A stretch of 64,000 nucleotides of DNA from Candidatus Binatia bacterium (lineage in GTDB: Bacteria > Desulfobacterota > Binatia > HRBIN30): the NCBI GenBank assembly GCA_038245295.1, contig JBBRSP010000002.1, positions 192,001 through 256,000 of the forward strand. Reading direction: 5' to 3'. Below, piece by piece: positions 30,376-40,940 of this stretch (within the stretch, counting starts at the first letter, position 1; each line of letters begins with the position of its first letter). Made by a program: the position numbers and the translations under genes. The notes under the pieces are model-generated. The model did not search any database. It saw only the letters and a program-made list of their open reading frames with translations, and had not been told where the DNA came from.

Positions 30376-30392
30376 CGAAGGACCAAACTCCC

Positions 30393-32441
30393 ATGTCTAA
30401 AGCCACCAAAGATCTATCTCTGTTCGACCGCGACATTGTGCTCGCGGCGACGGTCGAGAGCTTCCGCAAGCTGGCGCCGCGCCATGTTGCCAAGAACCCG
30501 GTCATGTTCGTTGTCGAAGTCGGTAGTGTGCTGACCACGGTCATCTACTTCCGAGACCTGTTCGCGGCACCCGCCGGCGCCGCGCCGACATGGTTCACCC
30601 TGCTGGTGAGCCTGTGGCTCTGGTTCACCGTTCTGTTTGCCAACTTCGCCGAGGCGGTGGCCGAAGGTCGTGGCAAGGCGCAAGCCGCCAGCCTTCGAAA
30701 GATGCGCAAGGAGACCGCGGCGCGCAAACTGATCGACGGTCGCGAGCAGGAGGTGTCGGCATCCAGCCTCAGGAAGGGCGACGTCGTTGTGGTCGAAGCG
30801 GGCGAGCTGATTCCCGGTGACGGTGAGATCATCGAAGGCATCGCGTCGGTGGACGAGTCAGCCATCACCGGCGAATCCGCTCCGGTGATTCGCGAAAGCG
30901 GCGGTGATCGCTCGGCGGTCACCGGCGGCACGAAGGTCCTTTCCGATCGCATCGTCGTGCGCATCACGGCGAATCCCGGAGAGTCCTTCCTCGATCGCAT
31001 GATTGCGTTGGTCGAAGGCGCCAGTCGTCAGAAGACGCCGAACGAAATCGCCCTGCACATTCTCCTGGTCGGCCTGACGATCATTTTCCTGATTGCCTGC
31101 GTAACACTCGTGCCGCTGGCGCTCTATTCAAACATCCCGCTGTCGGCGACGGTTATTGTGGCGTTGCTGGTGTGTTTGATCCCAACGACGATCGGCGGAT
31201 TGCTGTCCGCCATCGGCATTGCCGGGATGGATCGCTTGCTGCGCAAGAACGTTCTGGCGATGAGCGGCCGCGCTGTCGAAGCGGCCGGCGACGTTGATAC
31301 CTTGCTGCTCGACAAGACTGGCACGATCACACTCGGCAATCGCATGGCTTCCGAGCTTCTGCCGGCCACCGGCGTGCAGATCGAGGAGCTGGCCGATGCG
31401 GCTCAGCTGGCGAGTCTGGCGGACGAAACTCCGGAAGGTCGATCGATCGTCGTACTCGTCAAGGAACAATACAATCTGCGCGGCCGCGACGTGCAGCAGA
31501 TCGGCGCTTCGTTCATTCCGTTCAGCGCTCACACACGCATGAGTGGCTGTGACCTGGATGGCCGGATGGTGCGTAAGGGTGCGGTCGATGCGATCTGTAA
31601 CTACGTGACGTCGCTTGGCGGGCATGTGCCGTCCGGCCTCGACGCGATCGTCCACGGTATTTCCGATACCGGCGGCACGCCGCTGGCCGTCTCCGACGGC
31701 AACCGCATTCTCGGCATCATTCATCTGAAGGACGTCGTCAAAGGCGGCATCAAGGAACGTTTTGAGCGCTTTCGCGCCATGGGCATCCGGACGGTCATGA
31801 TCACCGGTGACAATCCACGCACCGCGGCGGCGATCGCGCGCGAGGCCGGGGTCGACGACTTTCTGGCCGAAGCGACGCCCGAAGCGAAGATGCGTCTGAT
31901 CAAGCAGGAACAAGCAAAGGGCAAGTTGGTGGCGATGACCGGTGACGGCACCAACGACGCTCCCGCCCTGGCGCAAGCCGATGTGGGTGTCGCCATGAAC
32001 ACCGGCACGCAGGCGGCCAAGGAAGCCGGCAACATGGTCGACCTCGACTCCAACCCGACCAAGCTGCTCGAGGTCGTCGAAGTCGGCAAACAGCTCCTCA
32101 TGACGCGTGGCTGCCTGACAACCTTCTCGATCGCCAACGACGTGGCGAAGTACTTCGCCATCTTGCCGGCGCTCTTCATGGCCGTGTTTCCGGAGATCGC
32201 GCCGTTGAACATCATGGGCCTGACATCGCCGCTCAGCGCCATCCTGTCGGCGGTCATCTTCAACGCCATCATCATCATCCTCCTCATCCCCTTGTCGTTG
32301 CGCGGTGTGCAGTATCGACCGCTAGGCGCCGCCGCCCTGCTGCGACGCTCGTTACTGATCTACGGGCTTGGCGGCGTGATCGCGCCGTTCATCGGCATCA
32401 AGCTGATCGACGTTCTCTTGACCCTTGTGGGCTTAGTGTAG
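30393..32441 (+). CDS. kdpB: K+-transporting ATPase subunit B
   Basis: [25 protein letters not shown] 30393. Confidence 0.98.
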   Translation: MSKATKDLSLFDRDIVLAATVESFRKLAPRHVAKNPVMFVVEVGSVLTTVIYFRDLFAAPAGAAPTWFTLLVSLWLWFTVLFANFAEAVAEGRGKAQAASLRKMRKETAARKLIDGREQEVSASSLRKGDVVVVEAGELIPGDGEIIEGIASVDESAITGESAPVIRESGGDRSAVTGGTKVLSDRIVVRITANPGESFLDRMIALVEGASRQKTPNEIALHILLVGLTIIFLIACVTLVPLALYSNIPLSATVIVALLVCLIPTTIGGLLSAIGIAGMDRLLRKNVLAMSGRAVEAAGDVDTLLLDKTGTITLGNRMASELLPATGVQIEELADAAQLASLADETPEGRSIVVLVKEQYNLRGRDVQQIGASFIPFSAHTRMSGCDLDGRMVRKGAVDAICNYVTSLGGHVPSGLDAIVHGISDTGGTPLAVSDGNRILGIIHLKDVVKGGIKERFERFRAMGIRTVMITGDNPRTAAAIAREAGVDDFLAEATPEAKMRLIKQEQAKGKLVAMTGDGTNDAPALAQADVGVAMNTGTQAAKEAGNMVDLDSNPTKLLEVVEVGKQLLMTRGCLTTFSIANDVAKYFAILPALFMAVFPEIAPLNIMGLTSPLSAILSAVIFNAIIIILLIPLSLRGVQYRPLGAAALLRRSLLIYGLGGVIAPFIGIKLIDVLLTLVGLV

Positions 32442-32449
32442 GAGGCACC

Positions 32450-33049
32450 ATGTCGAACATGTTTTTCATTGCACTACGTACGACGGTTGTCACGTTGTTG
32501 CTGACCGGGTTCATCTACCCGTTCGTCGTCACCGGCATCAGCCAGGTTGTCTTCCCTCATCAGGCCAACGGCAGCCTGGTCAGAGACGACCAGGGGCGAA
32601 CGGTTGGATCGAAGTGGATCGGTCAGAGCTTCAGCAATGCTGGGTACTTCTGGTCGCGCCCGTCGGCGGCCGGCAACGACGGGTATGACGCCACCGCGTC
32701 TTCCGGCTCGAACCTCGGCACCACCTCGCAAAAACTGCGCGATCGGATTGTCGCCGACGTAGACAGGTTGCAGGCGGCGAATCCGCAAGCTGGTCGGCCG
32801 GTGCCGATCGACCTGGTGACTGCCTCGGCGAGCGGTTTGGATCCGCATGTTTCTCCTGATGCCGCGATGTGGCAGCTTTCGCGCGTGGCGAGTGCGCGCA
32901 AGGTTGCCCCGGAACGAATTCGACAGGTCGTCGCGGCGCAGATGGAAGGCCGCGATATCGGCTTCTTCGGTGAAGCGCGAGTCAACGTTCTCTTGCTCAA
33001 CCTGGCCCTCGATCGCCAGTTTGGGAAACCGGCCGCGACCACAGAATGA
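32450..33049 (+). CDS. kdpC: K+-transporting ATPase subunit C
   Basis: QANGSL, SRPSA, SSGSN, DLVTASASGLDPH, VNVLLLNLALD. Confidence 0.97.
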   Translation: MSNMFFIALRTTVVTLLLTGFIYPFVVTGISQVVFPHQANGSLVRDDQGRTVGSKWIGQSFSNAGYFWSRPSAAGNDGYDATASSGSNLGTTSQKLRDRIVADVDRLQAANPQAGRPVPIDLVTASASGLDPHVSPDAAMWQLSRVASARKVAPERIRQVVAAQMEGRDIGFFGEARVNVLLLNLALDRQFGKPAATTE

Positions 33050-34203
33050 CATCGCCGACGCGCCCTCGACCGGAAGACTTCCTTGAGCTCGTCGAGCGTG
33101 CCAAGCGTGGTCGACTCAAGCTCTACATCGGCTTCGCCGCCGGTGTCGGTAAGACCTACCGCATGCTCGAGGAAGCACATGTCCTGAAGGCGCGCGGCGT
33201 CGAGGTTGTTCTTGGCTTCATCGAAACACATGGGCGGACGGAAACCGCTGCCCTGGTCACAGGGCTCGAGTATGTGCCCCTCAAGAAGATCGAATATCGC
33301 GGCCTGATCGTCGAGGAGATGGACCTCGACGCGGTTATCCAGCGGGCTCCTCAGGTTGCCGTCGTCGACGAGGTGGCCCATTCGAATTCGCCCGGGCTGC
33401 GCAACCGCAAGCGTTACCAGGATGTGCTCGAGATCCTCGACGCTGGCATCAACGTGATTTGCGCCTTCAACGTGCAACACCTCGAAAGCCTGAAGGATGT
33501 AGTCGAGCGCGTCACCGGCGTCGTCGTCCGCGAAACCGTTCCCGACAGTTTCCTCAAGCAGGCCGACCAGGTGGTGAATCTCGACCTGGCGACGGAAGAT
33601 CTCCTCGATCGTTTGCGGGCCGGTAAGATCTACGACCCCGCCAAAGTCGAATGGGCACTCGACCATTTCTTCAAAGAAGACAACCTGGCGACATTGCGCG
33701 AGCTGGCGTTGCGCGAAGTGGCGGAGAGCATCGATCGATCGAATCCGAATCAGATTGGTCCCGCGTCCGGAGCGCGCACGCATTCCGCCGCCGCCCGGCT
33801 GATGGTGTGTATCTCTTCGTTCAGCCCGCGCGCCGCGACGCTGCTGCGCCGCGGTTCACGAATGGCCGGGCGACTGAACACCGACTGGTTCGTGGTCTAT
33901 GTCGAGACGCCCGACGAAGCGCCGCACCGGATCGATTCCGAAGCGCAACGCCACCTCCTCGAAAACATCCAGAAGGCGCGCGAGCTCGGTGCGATTGTCG
34001 TGCGTTTGCAGAGTGACGACGCCGTCAAAGCTCTGCTCGACTACGGGCGCGTTCACGGTGTCGGACATATCATCATCGGTCGTTCGCACCGGCCGACCTG
34101 GCAAAACTGGTTCCGCAAGAGCTTTGTGGCGCGCATGGTCGAGGCGGCGATCGACTTCGACTTACAAATCGTCGCCCTCGACGACAGCGAGGTGCGAGCA
34201 TGA
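33046..34203 (+). CDS. kdpD: Stand-alone KdpD N-terminal sensor plus Usp domain (no TM or kinase)
   Basis: GFAAGVGKTY, VDEVAH, NVQHLESL, LRELAL, then a Usp domain and stop. Confidence 0.9.
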   Translation: MTSPTRPRPEDFLELVERAKRGRLKLYIGFAAGVGKTYRMLEEAHVLKARGVEVVLGFIETHGRTETAALVTGLEYVPLKKIEYRGLIVEEMDLDAVIQRAPQVAVVDEVAHSNSPGLRNRKRYQDVLEILDAGINVICAFNVQHLESLKDVVERVTGVVVRETVPDSFLKQADQVVNLDLATEDLLDRLRAGKIYDPAKVEWALDHFFKEDNLATLRELALREVAESIDRSNPNQIGPASGARTHSAAARLMVCISSFSPRAATLLRRGSRMAGRLNTDWFVVYVETPDEAPHRIDSEAQRHLLENIQKARELGAIVVRLQSDDAVKALLDYGRVHGVGHIIIGRSHRPTWQNWFRKSFVARMVEAAIDFDLQIVALDDSEVRA

Positions 34204-36053
34204 CGCTACGAATCAAATTGCTGTTGGCGTTGGCTCCCCTGGCCATTGCGCTCGTCGTGGTCAGCATCGTGGCCACCTCGAATGTCTCGTCCCTCGGCTG
34301 GCACTCGGAAGCGATCCTGAAAGACAATTATCGCAGCGTGCTGGCGGCGCAGCGAATGAAGGACTCGGTCGAGCATCTAGAGCACCTCGCGGCGAGTGTC
34401 GTTTCCGGAGCTTCGAATGAGGAACGACCCAGCAAAGCGGAGGATCATCGCCGACACTTTGAGGACGAGTTGCGGGTCCAGGAAGGCAACGTCACAGAGC
34501 CAGGGGAGCTCGATGCGACGCAGCGCCAGCGCAATCGTTGGACAACCTATCAGAAAGAATTCGACGCGTTTCGATCGCTGCGTGATCCGGATCAGGGGCG
34601 AGCCTTCTTTCGCGAACGCCTCGAGCCGGCTTTCGTGGCGATCACCGATGCGGCCGACGCAATTCTCACCGTCAACCTCGATGCCATCGTCCAGAAGAGT
34701 GAGCGTGCGCATCAGGTTGCGGAGCGTCTCAACGTCATAACCCTGGCGGTGTCGATCGCGGCGCTGCTGATCGGCGGTATTGCGTCGACTCTGCTCACCA
34801 GTCGTCTGCTTGCCCCACTGGGTCTTCTCACACGCACCGTGCACCGTATCGGCGAGGGCGACTTCGAGACCCGCGTTGATGTCTCGGGTGAAGACGAAAT
34901 CGCCCAGCTCGCCGGTACGATCAATGCGATGGCCGTGCGCCTGCGCCAGTATCGCAACAGCTCGCTCGGCGAACTGCTGTTGGCGCAACAGGCGTCGCAG
35001 GCCGCTATCGACAGTTTGCCGGACCCGGTTGTCGTGTACGACCTTCAAGGTGGGGTGATCAACGTCAACGAAGCCGCTGAGGCGGTCCTCGGGGTTGGCG
35101 TGAAGCCGCCCGATGAATTGGATCCCGCGGTGCGCGCCACACTCGAACGCGCCAGCACGCATGTGTTGAGTGGCAAGGGGCCGTATCAGGCCAAGAGCTT
35201 TGAGGATGCGATTGCGGTGCGAACGTCGGAGGGAACCCGATACTTCTCCCCACGCGCCACGCCGGTTCACACCGAGAGCGGCAGTATCAGCGGCGTGACG
35301 GTGTTGATGCAAGACGTTACCCGCGCCCGTCTAGTCGACGATCTACGCAACGACCTGGTGGCGACCGTCGCACACGAGTTCCGAACCCCCCTCACCTCGT
35401 TGCGCCTGGCGATCCACATGTGCCTCGAACAGGCCGCCGGACCGTTGAATGATCGTCAATCCGATCTCTTGTACACGGCGCGCGAGGATTGCGATCGACT
35501 CCAGTCGATGGTCGACGAGCTCCTCGATCTGGCGCGCATCCAGGGTGGCCACATGGAGTTGCACCGGCGCCCAACCAATCCGCTGATGTTGATCGACAGC
35601 GCTGCTTCCACGTATCGGCGCGACGCGGAGGATCATCACATCGTGCTGCAGACTTCGGTGGCGCCCGGACTGCAGGAGATTCAAGTTGATCGTGAGCGCA
35701 TCCAGCTCGTGCTTTCCAATCTCCTGAGCAACGCCATTCGACATACGCCGCCAGGTGGCTCGATCGAGATCGGAGTTAAGGCACAGGATGGCATCGTTCG
35801 GTTTGAAGTCGCCGACTCCGGTGCTGGAATTCCGGCCGAGTACCGCCAACAGGTGTTCGGGAAATTTGTGCGCCTTCCGAACAGTGTCGGAGGCGGCACC
35901 GGCCTTGGCTTGTCGATCGCAAAGCAGATCGTCGATGCGCACGGTGGCAAGATTGGCGTCGACGCATCGGTGTCGGGTGGTGCGATGTTCTGGTTCACTC
36001 TGCCGACAGCGGCGCTGGAAGCCGAGCCGCTGGTCCCGGTCGCGACGGCTTGA
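34200..36053 (+). CDS. Sensor histidine kinase (4-helix periplasmic, HAMP, PAS; KinB-like)
   Basis: Two TM helices, DNYRSV, DEIAQLA, AHEFRTPLT, NAIRH, DSGAG, GTGLGL; ATGA overlap with kdpD. Confidence 0.92.
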   Translation: MTLRIKLLLALAPLAIALVVVSIVATSNVSSLGWHSEAILKDNYRSVLAAQRMKDSVEHLEHLAASVVSGASNEERPSKAEDHRRHFEDELRVQEGNVTEPGELDATQRQRNRWTTYQKEFDAFRSLRDPDQGRAFFRERLEPAFVAITDAADAILTVNLDAIVQKSERAHQVAERLNVITLAVSIAALLIGGIASTLLTSRLLAPLGLLTRTVHRIGEGDFETRVDVSGEDEIAQLAGTINAMAVRLRQYRNSSLGELLLAQQASQAAIDSLPDPVVVYDLQGGVINVNEAAEAVLGVGVKPPDELDPAVRATLERASTHVLSGKGPYQAKSFEDAIAVRTSEGTRYFSPRATPVHTESGSISGVTVLMQDVTRARLVDDLRNDLVATVAHEFRTPLTSLRLAIHMCLEQAAGPLNDRQSDLLYTAREDCDRLQSMVDELLDLARIQGGHMELHRRPTNPLMLIDSAASTYRRDAEDHHIVLQTSVAPGLQEIQVDRERIQLVLSNLLSNAIRHTPPGGSIEIGVKAQDGIVRFEVADSGAGIPAEYRQQVFGKFVRLPNSVGGGTGLGLSIAKQIVDAHGGKIGVDASVSGGAMFWFTLPTAALEAEPLVPVATA

Positions 36054-36068
36054 GGGGGAAACGGTGGC

Positions 36069-37433
36069 CTACTCTTGCTCGTACTTCTTGCGTTTGCGCC
36101 ACAGCGTCGAGGAGTCGATGCCGAGGACCTTCACGGCATCTTCCAGGGTCGGCGAGCGGGAAATGACGCGTAGAATGTGTTCGCGTTCGATCGCCTCCAG
36201 CGAGCAATTGCCGCCGAGTTGCGGTGCCGATGTTGGCTGTGCCGCAATCCGTTCGGGGAATGCCGCTGGCTCGATGGTGCGCGCCGGCCACAGAATCACC
36301 GCGCGCTCGATAGCATTGTGCAACTCGCGCAGATTCCCCGGCCATGGATACGAACGCAGTGCTTCCACCGCCGCCGGCGACAACTCCGGGGTGATGCGCC
36401 GCGCGTTGCGCGCCGCGACAGCGAGAAAACCGTTGGCCAGCCGCAACAGATCCTCGGGGCGCTCGCGTAAGGGTGGCAGCGTCACCTCGATCACGTTGAG
36501 TCGGTAGAGCAGATCTTGACGAAAGCGACCGGTTTGAACATCGAGCTCAACATCGCGATTGGTTGCCGTCACAACGCGCACGTCGGCGGTGCGGGTCTTG
36601 GTTTCTCCGAGGCGCTCGAATTGTTTGTCTTGCAGGAAGCGCAGCAGCTTGGCTTGCAGGTTGGGAGAGATCTCGGCGATTTCATCGAGGAAGAGGGTGC
36701 CGCCTTGCGCCGCTTCGACACGTCCCGCCTGGTCCGCGACCGCGCCGGTAAACGCGCCTTTGGCGTGGCCAAACAGCTCGCTGGCGAGGAGATCATCGGA
36801 CAGGGTCGGGCAGTTGACGACGACAAACGGATAGTTGCCACGCGGGCTCTGAGCGTGCAGAGCCCGCGCCAGCACTCCTTTGCCCGTGCCGCTTTCGCCG
36901 CGCAGAAAGACTGGGGCGTCGGAAACCGCCGCACGCGCCACGGTGTCCAGCACGGCGCGCATCTTGGGCGAGTTTGTCGTCAGGTCAGCCTCGGGCAGTG
37001 TTGCACTGAGCTGTTGCTCGAGATCGGCAACGTGTTGCCTCATGGCTTTGCGCTCAGCGACTTGATTGGTCACGTGACGGATCTGCGCCGGAGTGAACGG
37101 CTTGGGAAGGTAGTCGTAGGCGCCCCGTTTGATGGCTTCGACAGCGGTTTCGAACGTCGCGTAGGCCGTAATGACGATGATGGCGAGTTGCGGGCTTTCG
37201 GCCAGCAGTTGCGGGATCAGATCTAATCCATTTGCCTCGGCCAATCGGAGATCGAGGAAGGCGAGGTCGTAGGTTTGAAACCGCAGAGCATCGAGGGCTG
37301 CGGGTGCCGAAGCGGCCGGTGTGACGACGTAGCCGGCGTCGCGCAGGCAGATCGACAGCGTACCGCGGATGTTTTTCTCGTCGTCGATGACCAAGACGCG
37401 AAACGGGGCACGGCTTGGCGGATCGTTGGACAC
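36069..37433 (-). CDS. Sigma-54-dependent response regulator (AlgB/NtrC-like)
   Basis: REC domain, GESGTGK, GAFTGA, FLDEI, WPGNLREL, C-terminal HTH. Confidence 0.95.
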   Translation of the reverse strand: MSNDPPSRAPFRVLVIDDEKNIRGTLSICLRDAGYVVTPAASAPAALDALRFQTYDLAFLDLRLAEANGLDLIPQLLAESPQLAIIVITAYATFETAVEAIKRGAYDYLPKPFTPAQIRHVTNQVAERKAMRQHVADLEQQLSATLPEADLTTNSPKMRAVLDTVARAAVSDAPVFLRGESGTGKGVLARALHAQSPRGNYPFVVVNCPTLSDDLLASELFGHAKGAFTGAVADQAGRVEAAQGGTLFLDEIAEISPNLQAKLLRFLQDKQFERLGETKTRTADVRVVTATNRDVELDVQTGRFRQDLLYRLNVIEVTLPPLRERPEDLLRLANGFLAVAARNARRITPELSPAAVEALRSYPWPGNLRELHNAIERAVILWPARTIEPAAFPERIAAQPTSAPQLGGNCSLEAIEREHILRVISRSPTLEDAVKVLGIDSSTLWRKRKKYEQE

Positions 37434-37605
37434 CGAGGGGTCTTATTCTCCGACCGCCGACGCTGCAAGGCTGCAAGTACGCCGCTTCGCGGTTTCGGGG
37501 GTTTGGTCGTCCGAACTGTTCAAGCTGAAGCTTACGCCTACCGACGGCTGCTTCGCCGAGCGCACGAAGAAGGCGCGGGCTTACACAGAACTAGGAGTAG
37601 ATGAA

Positions 37606-38451
37606 ATGAAACGTCGATGGATCACCCTGGCCGTGGTCGCCTTCACTGTCGGATGCAACTCAGAATCGGCGGGGCCGCGTCAGATGCACAAGCAACGTCT
37701 GCTCGACACGATTAGCCAGACGCTTCTCGGGTCGGTCGAGGCGGAGAAGAGCGCCGTGCTGGCGACGACGGATGAAGAGTCGCGTGCCCTGGCACTCGAG
37801 GCGAAGAAGTTCGCGGGCGAGATCAACAAGCAGCGCGCCGAGCTGCGTCAGCTCATCGCCGCCGACGGCCGACACGAGGAGATCGCCAAGCTCGACGCCT
37901 TCGACGTGGCGTGGGCTCAACTCGAACGTGTCGACGAGCGGCTCTTGGGGCTGGCGGTTGAGAACACCAATATAAAGGCCACACAGCTCCTGTCGCGCGA
38001 GGGGGCGACGGCCCTCGATCGTTTTGTCGACGGGCTGAACCAGATGCAGAAGGTGGTCACTGATCCGGAGATGATCCGCACACTGGCAGGCGCTTCCATC
38101 GCCGCGCTGCACAGTCAGTCGTTGCTCTTCATGCACATCCCGGCGGCCGACGACGCGGAGATGACCCGCTTGGAGAAGCAAATGCACGATCTGAGCGCCG
38201 CGGTGGAGGGTTCGCTGAGCAGCGTACGCGAACGTGCGCAGACCGAGCCGGAACAGCTCGCCGGTACCTCGGCCGCCTGGGCGGAATACCAGCGGCTGGC
38301 GGCCGAAGTCATCCGTTTCTCGCGGCGCAACAGCAACGTTATCTCGTTCGACGTGTCGGTACACGAGAAACGTCAGGCGACGAAGGAGTGCCTCGCGGCG
38401 CTGGCTGCGTTGTCGGCGGCTATCGACGTCGGCCCGCACTCGGCGCGATGA
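37606..38451 (+). CDS. Putative lipoprotein with MCP-type four-helix-bundle domains
   Basis: MKRRWITLAVVAFTVGC lipobox; AEKSAVLA, ENTNIKA, SRRNSN helical repeats. Confidence 0.65.
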   Translation: MKRRWITLAVVAFTVGCNSESAGPRQMHKQRLLDTISQTLLGSVEAEKSAVLATTDEESRALALEAKKFAGEINKQRAELRQLIAADGRHEEIAKLDAFDVAWAQLERVDERLLGLAVENTNIKATQLLSREGATALDRFVDGLNQMQKVVTDPEMIRTLAGASIAALHSQSLLFMHIPAADDAEMTRLEKQMHDLSAAVEGSLSSVRERAQTEPEQLAGTSAAWAEYQRLAAEVIRFSRRNSNVISFDVSVHEKRQATKECLAALAALSAAIDVGPHSAR

Positions 38452-38562
38452 AGCCACGGCTTCAGCGAAAAGGCGCGGGCGTTTCGGCCGACCCCGATCC
38501 GTTGTTCTCGGGTTTTCCTCTCGCATCCGGCGAGCTTTCGTGGGAGAAGAAACGACGAAAAC

Positions 38563-39618
38563 GTGATGAGCAATTCCGACCTCAGCGGCCGCGGCACGAG
38601 CGCCAATCCAGCCAACCGTTACGAACGGGTCCATATCGAGTCGGACCTCACGGACGAGGCGGCGCCGTCACCGGGCACGACGTTCCTTAAGGACGCCAGC
38701 CGCAGCATTCTCTCGGCGAATGACAGTCCCGACGTGCCGTTCACCTATAGCATCAATCCCTACCGCGGCTGCGAACACGGCTGTGTCTATTGCTACGCGC
38801 GGCCGAGCCACGAGTATCTGAGCTTCAGCGCCGGGCTCGATTTCGAGACCAAGATTCTCGTCAAGCACGATGCCCCGGAGCTGCTGCGGGTCGCTCTGCG
38901 CAAACCGAGCTGGCAGCCCCAGGTGATTGCGTTGTCGGGCAACACCGACTGCTACCAACCGGCCGAGCGCCAGCTGCAGCTGACGCGGCGCTGCCTGCAG
39001 GTACTGGCCGAGTTTCGCAATCCGGTTGGTATCATCACCAAGAGCGCCCTGGTGGTGCGCGACATCGACATCCTGCGCGAGCTGGCGGCGGTTGGCGCGG
39101 CGCACGTCACGCTCTCCATCACGACTCTCGATCGCGATCTGGCGCGACGTCTCGAGCCCCGTGCGGCTCAGCCCGAACGCCGTCTCGAGGCGTTACGCGC
39201 GCTCAGCGAGGCAGGCATCCCGACGAGTGTGAACGTGGCGCCGTTGATCCCCGGGCTCAACGACGAGGAGATCCCGCGCATTCTTGCGGCCGCGGCCGAT
39301 GCTGGGGCAGGGCAGGCGGCGTACGTGCTGCTGCGGTTGCCGAAACCGGTCGACGTTTTGTTCGAGCAGTGGGTGAAGGAGAATTTCCCCGATCGCCAGG
39401 CGCGTATCCTCGGCCGTATTCGCGAGTGTCGGTCGGGGTTCATCAACGACCCACGTTTCAAGAGCCGCATGCGTGGTGAAGGTGTGTATGCCGAGCAACT
39501 GGGTTCTCTGTTTCGAGCGGCGGCGCGTCACGCCGGGCTGGATCGACCCTTCGCGCCTCTGAACGTCGAGGCTTTTCGGCGGCCGCCACAGCCGGGCGAC
39601 CAGCTTGGGCTGTGGTAG
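38563..39618 (+). CDS. Radical SAM protein (PA0069/SplB-like)
   Basis: NPYRGCEHGCVYCYAR, TDCYQP, EPRA, APLIPGLND. Confidence 0.92.
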   Translation: MMSNSDLSGRGTSANPANRYERVHIESDLTDEAAPSPGTTFLKDASRSILSANDSPDVPFTYSINPYRGCEHGCVYCYARPSHEYLSFSAGLDFETKILVKHDAPELLRVALRKPSWQPQVIALSGNTDCYQPAERQLQLTRRCLQVLAEFRNPVGIITKSALVVRDIDILRELAAVGAAHVTLSITTLDRDLARRLEPRAAQPERRLEALRALSEAGIPTSVNVAPLIPGLNDEEIPRILAAAADAGAGQAAYVLLRLPKPVDVLFEQWVKENFPDRQARILGRIRECRSGFINDPRFKSRMRGEGVYAEQLGSLFRAAARHAGLDRPFAPLNVEAFRRPPQPGDQLGLW

Positions 39619-39725
39619 CGCGTTCAAAGATGTCTTCGATCTTGCTGCGACGAATTGGTCCCCAGGGTTCATTACGCTGGGTCGACCGTCCTCGGCTTTG
39701 CGCCGAAATTCGCATTGGAGCACTC

Positions 39726-39793
39726 CGCAGGCTGAAGCCTGCGCCTACCGGTCCCCAACTCGCTAGCGTGGTAGGCGCAGGCTTCAGCCTGCG
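39726..39793. repeat. Inverted REP-B doublet (REPIN-like)
   Basis: cgcaggctgaagcctgcgcctacc ... ggtaggcgcaggcttcagcctgcg, perfect 24-bp inverted repeat. Confidence 0.9.
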
Positions 39794-39905
39794 GTGAGCT
39801 GAGCGCCGGCTGTTCGTCGAATTCGCGTGCAAAGCCCGGCATTGGAGAGGTTGCCCCGGACGCCAGTTGGTGTTCTTCTCTCAAGCCTCAGGGAGGGACG
39901 TTCGC

Positions 39906-40853
39906 ATGGCCATCACGGTGAAGCCCGAAGACGACTACATGCACGCCAACACCGGCGAGTCGAATTTCAACGAGAGCATGTACTTCAACTTCTATGATCG
40001 CAAGCAAAAGCTCGGCGGCTTCGTGCGCGTCGGCAACCGGGCGAACGAGAAGTATGCCGAGGTGACGATCACGGTGTACCAGCCCGATGGTACATGCCTG
40101 TTCAACTACAAACGTCCGGAGATCGCCGACAACTCGGCGTTCGATGCCGGCGGCATGAAGTTCGAGGTGCTCGAGCCCTTCAAGCATCTGCGTGTCAGCT
40201 ACGACGGCCATGCCGTGTACTTGAAGCAGCCCCTCGATCTAGAGGATCCGCGCAAGGCTTTCACAAGCAATCCGCACATCCCGGTGCAGCTCAACCTCGA
40301 CTACTACGGCTTGAGCCCGATGTATGGCGGCGAGTCGGATGTGCAGAACACCGAGATGACGTTCGCCAAAGGGCATACCGAGCAACACGTCAAAGCCGTC
40401 GGCAAAATCGTCATCGACGGCAAAAAATACGCGCTCAATGCGCTGGGCCTGCGTGACCACTCCTGGGGGCCGCGTTCATGGCAGTCACCGAAGTACTACC
40501 GCTGGCTAACCTGCGAATTCGACGAGAACTTTGGCTTCATGGGCTCGCAGATCGTCATGCAGAGCGGTCTCGAGGTGCTGTCGGGCTTCGTATTCAAGGA
40601 CGGCCAAAACCATTTCGTGCACTCGCTCGAGCTGCACACCGATTGGAGCGAGGGGAACTACCACGACCACATCAAGACTCGCCTGAAGACCGCGGTCGGC
40701 GAGTTCGAAGTAACAGGACGCGTGATGACGATGCTGCCGCTACGCAATCGCAAAGAAGGCAAGGTCACACGCATCAGTGAGGGCATGACGGAGTGGCGTT
40801 GCGGCGAGCACGTCGGCTACGGTCTGTCCGAGTATCTCGATCAGATCGTCTGA
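39906..40853 (+). CDS. Hypothetical protein, AttH/tocopherol-cyclase-like
   Basis: NESMYFNF, GHTEQ, GLRDHSWGPR, GLSEY. Confidence 0.7.
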   Translation: MAITVKPEDDYMHANTGESNFNESMYFNFYDRKQKLGGFVRVGNRANEKYAEVTITVYQPDGTCLFNYKRPEIADNSAFDAGGMKFEVLEPFKHLRVSYDGHAVYLKQPLDLEDPRKAFTSNPHIPVQLNLDYYGLSPMYGGESDVQNTEMTFAKGHTEQHVKAVGKIVIDGKKYALNALGLRDHSWGPRSWQSPKYYRWLTCEFDENFGFMGSQIVMQSGLEVLSGFVFKDGQNHFVHSLELHTDWSEGNYHDHIKTRLKTAVGEFEVTGRVMTMLPLRNRKEGKVTRISEGMTEWRCGEHVGYGLSEYLDQIV

Positions 40854-40940
40854 CTAGTGTCCGCTCTCCCCGCTCGAGTTGATTCGTCGCATCGGGGAGA
40901 GAAACCGGTAGGCGCAGGCTTCAGCCTGCGAGGTCTTTGC

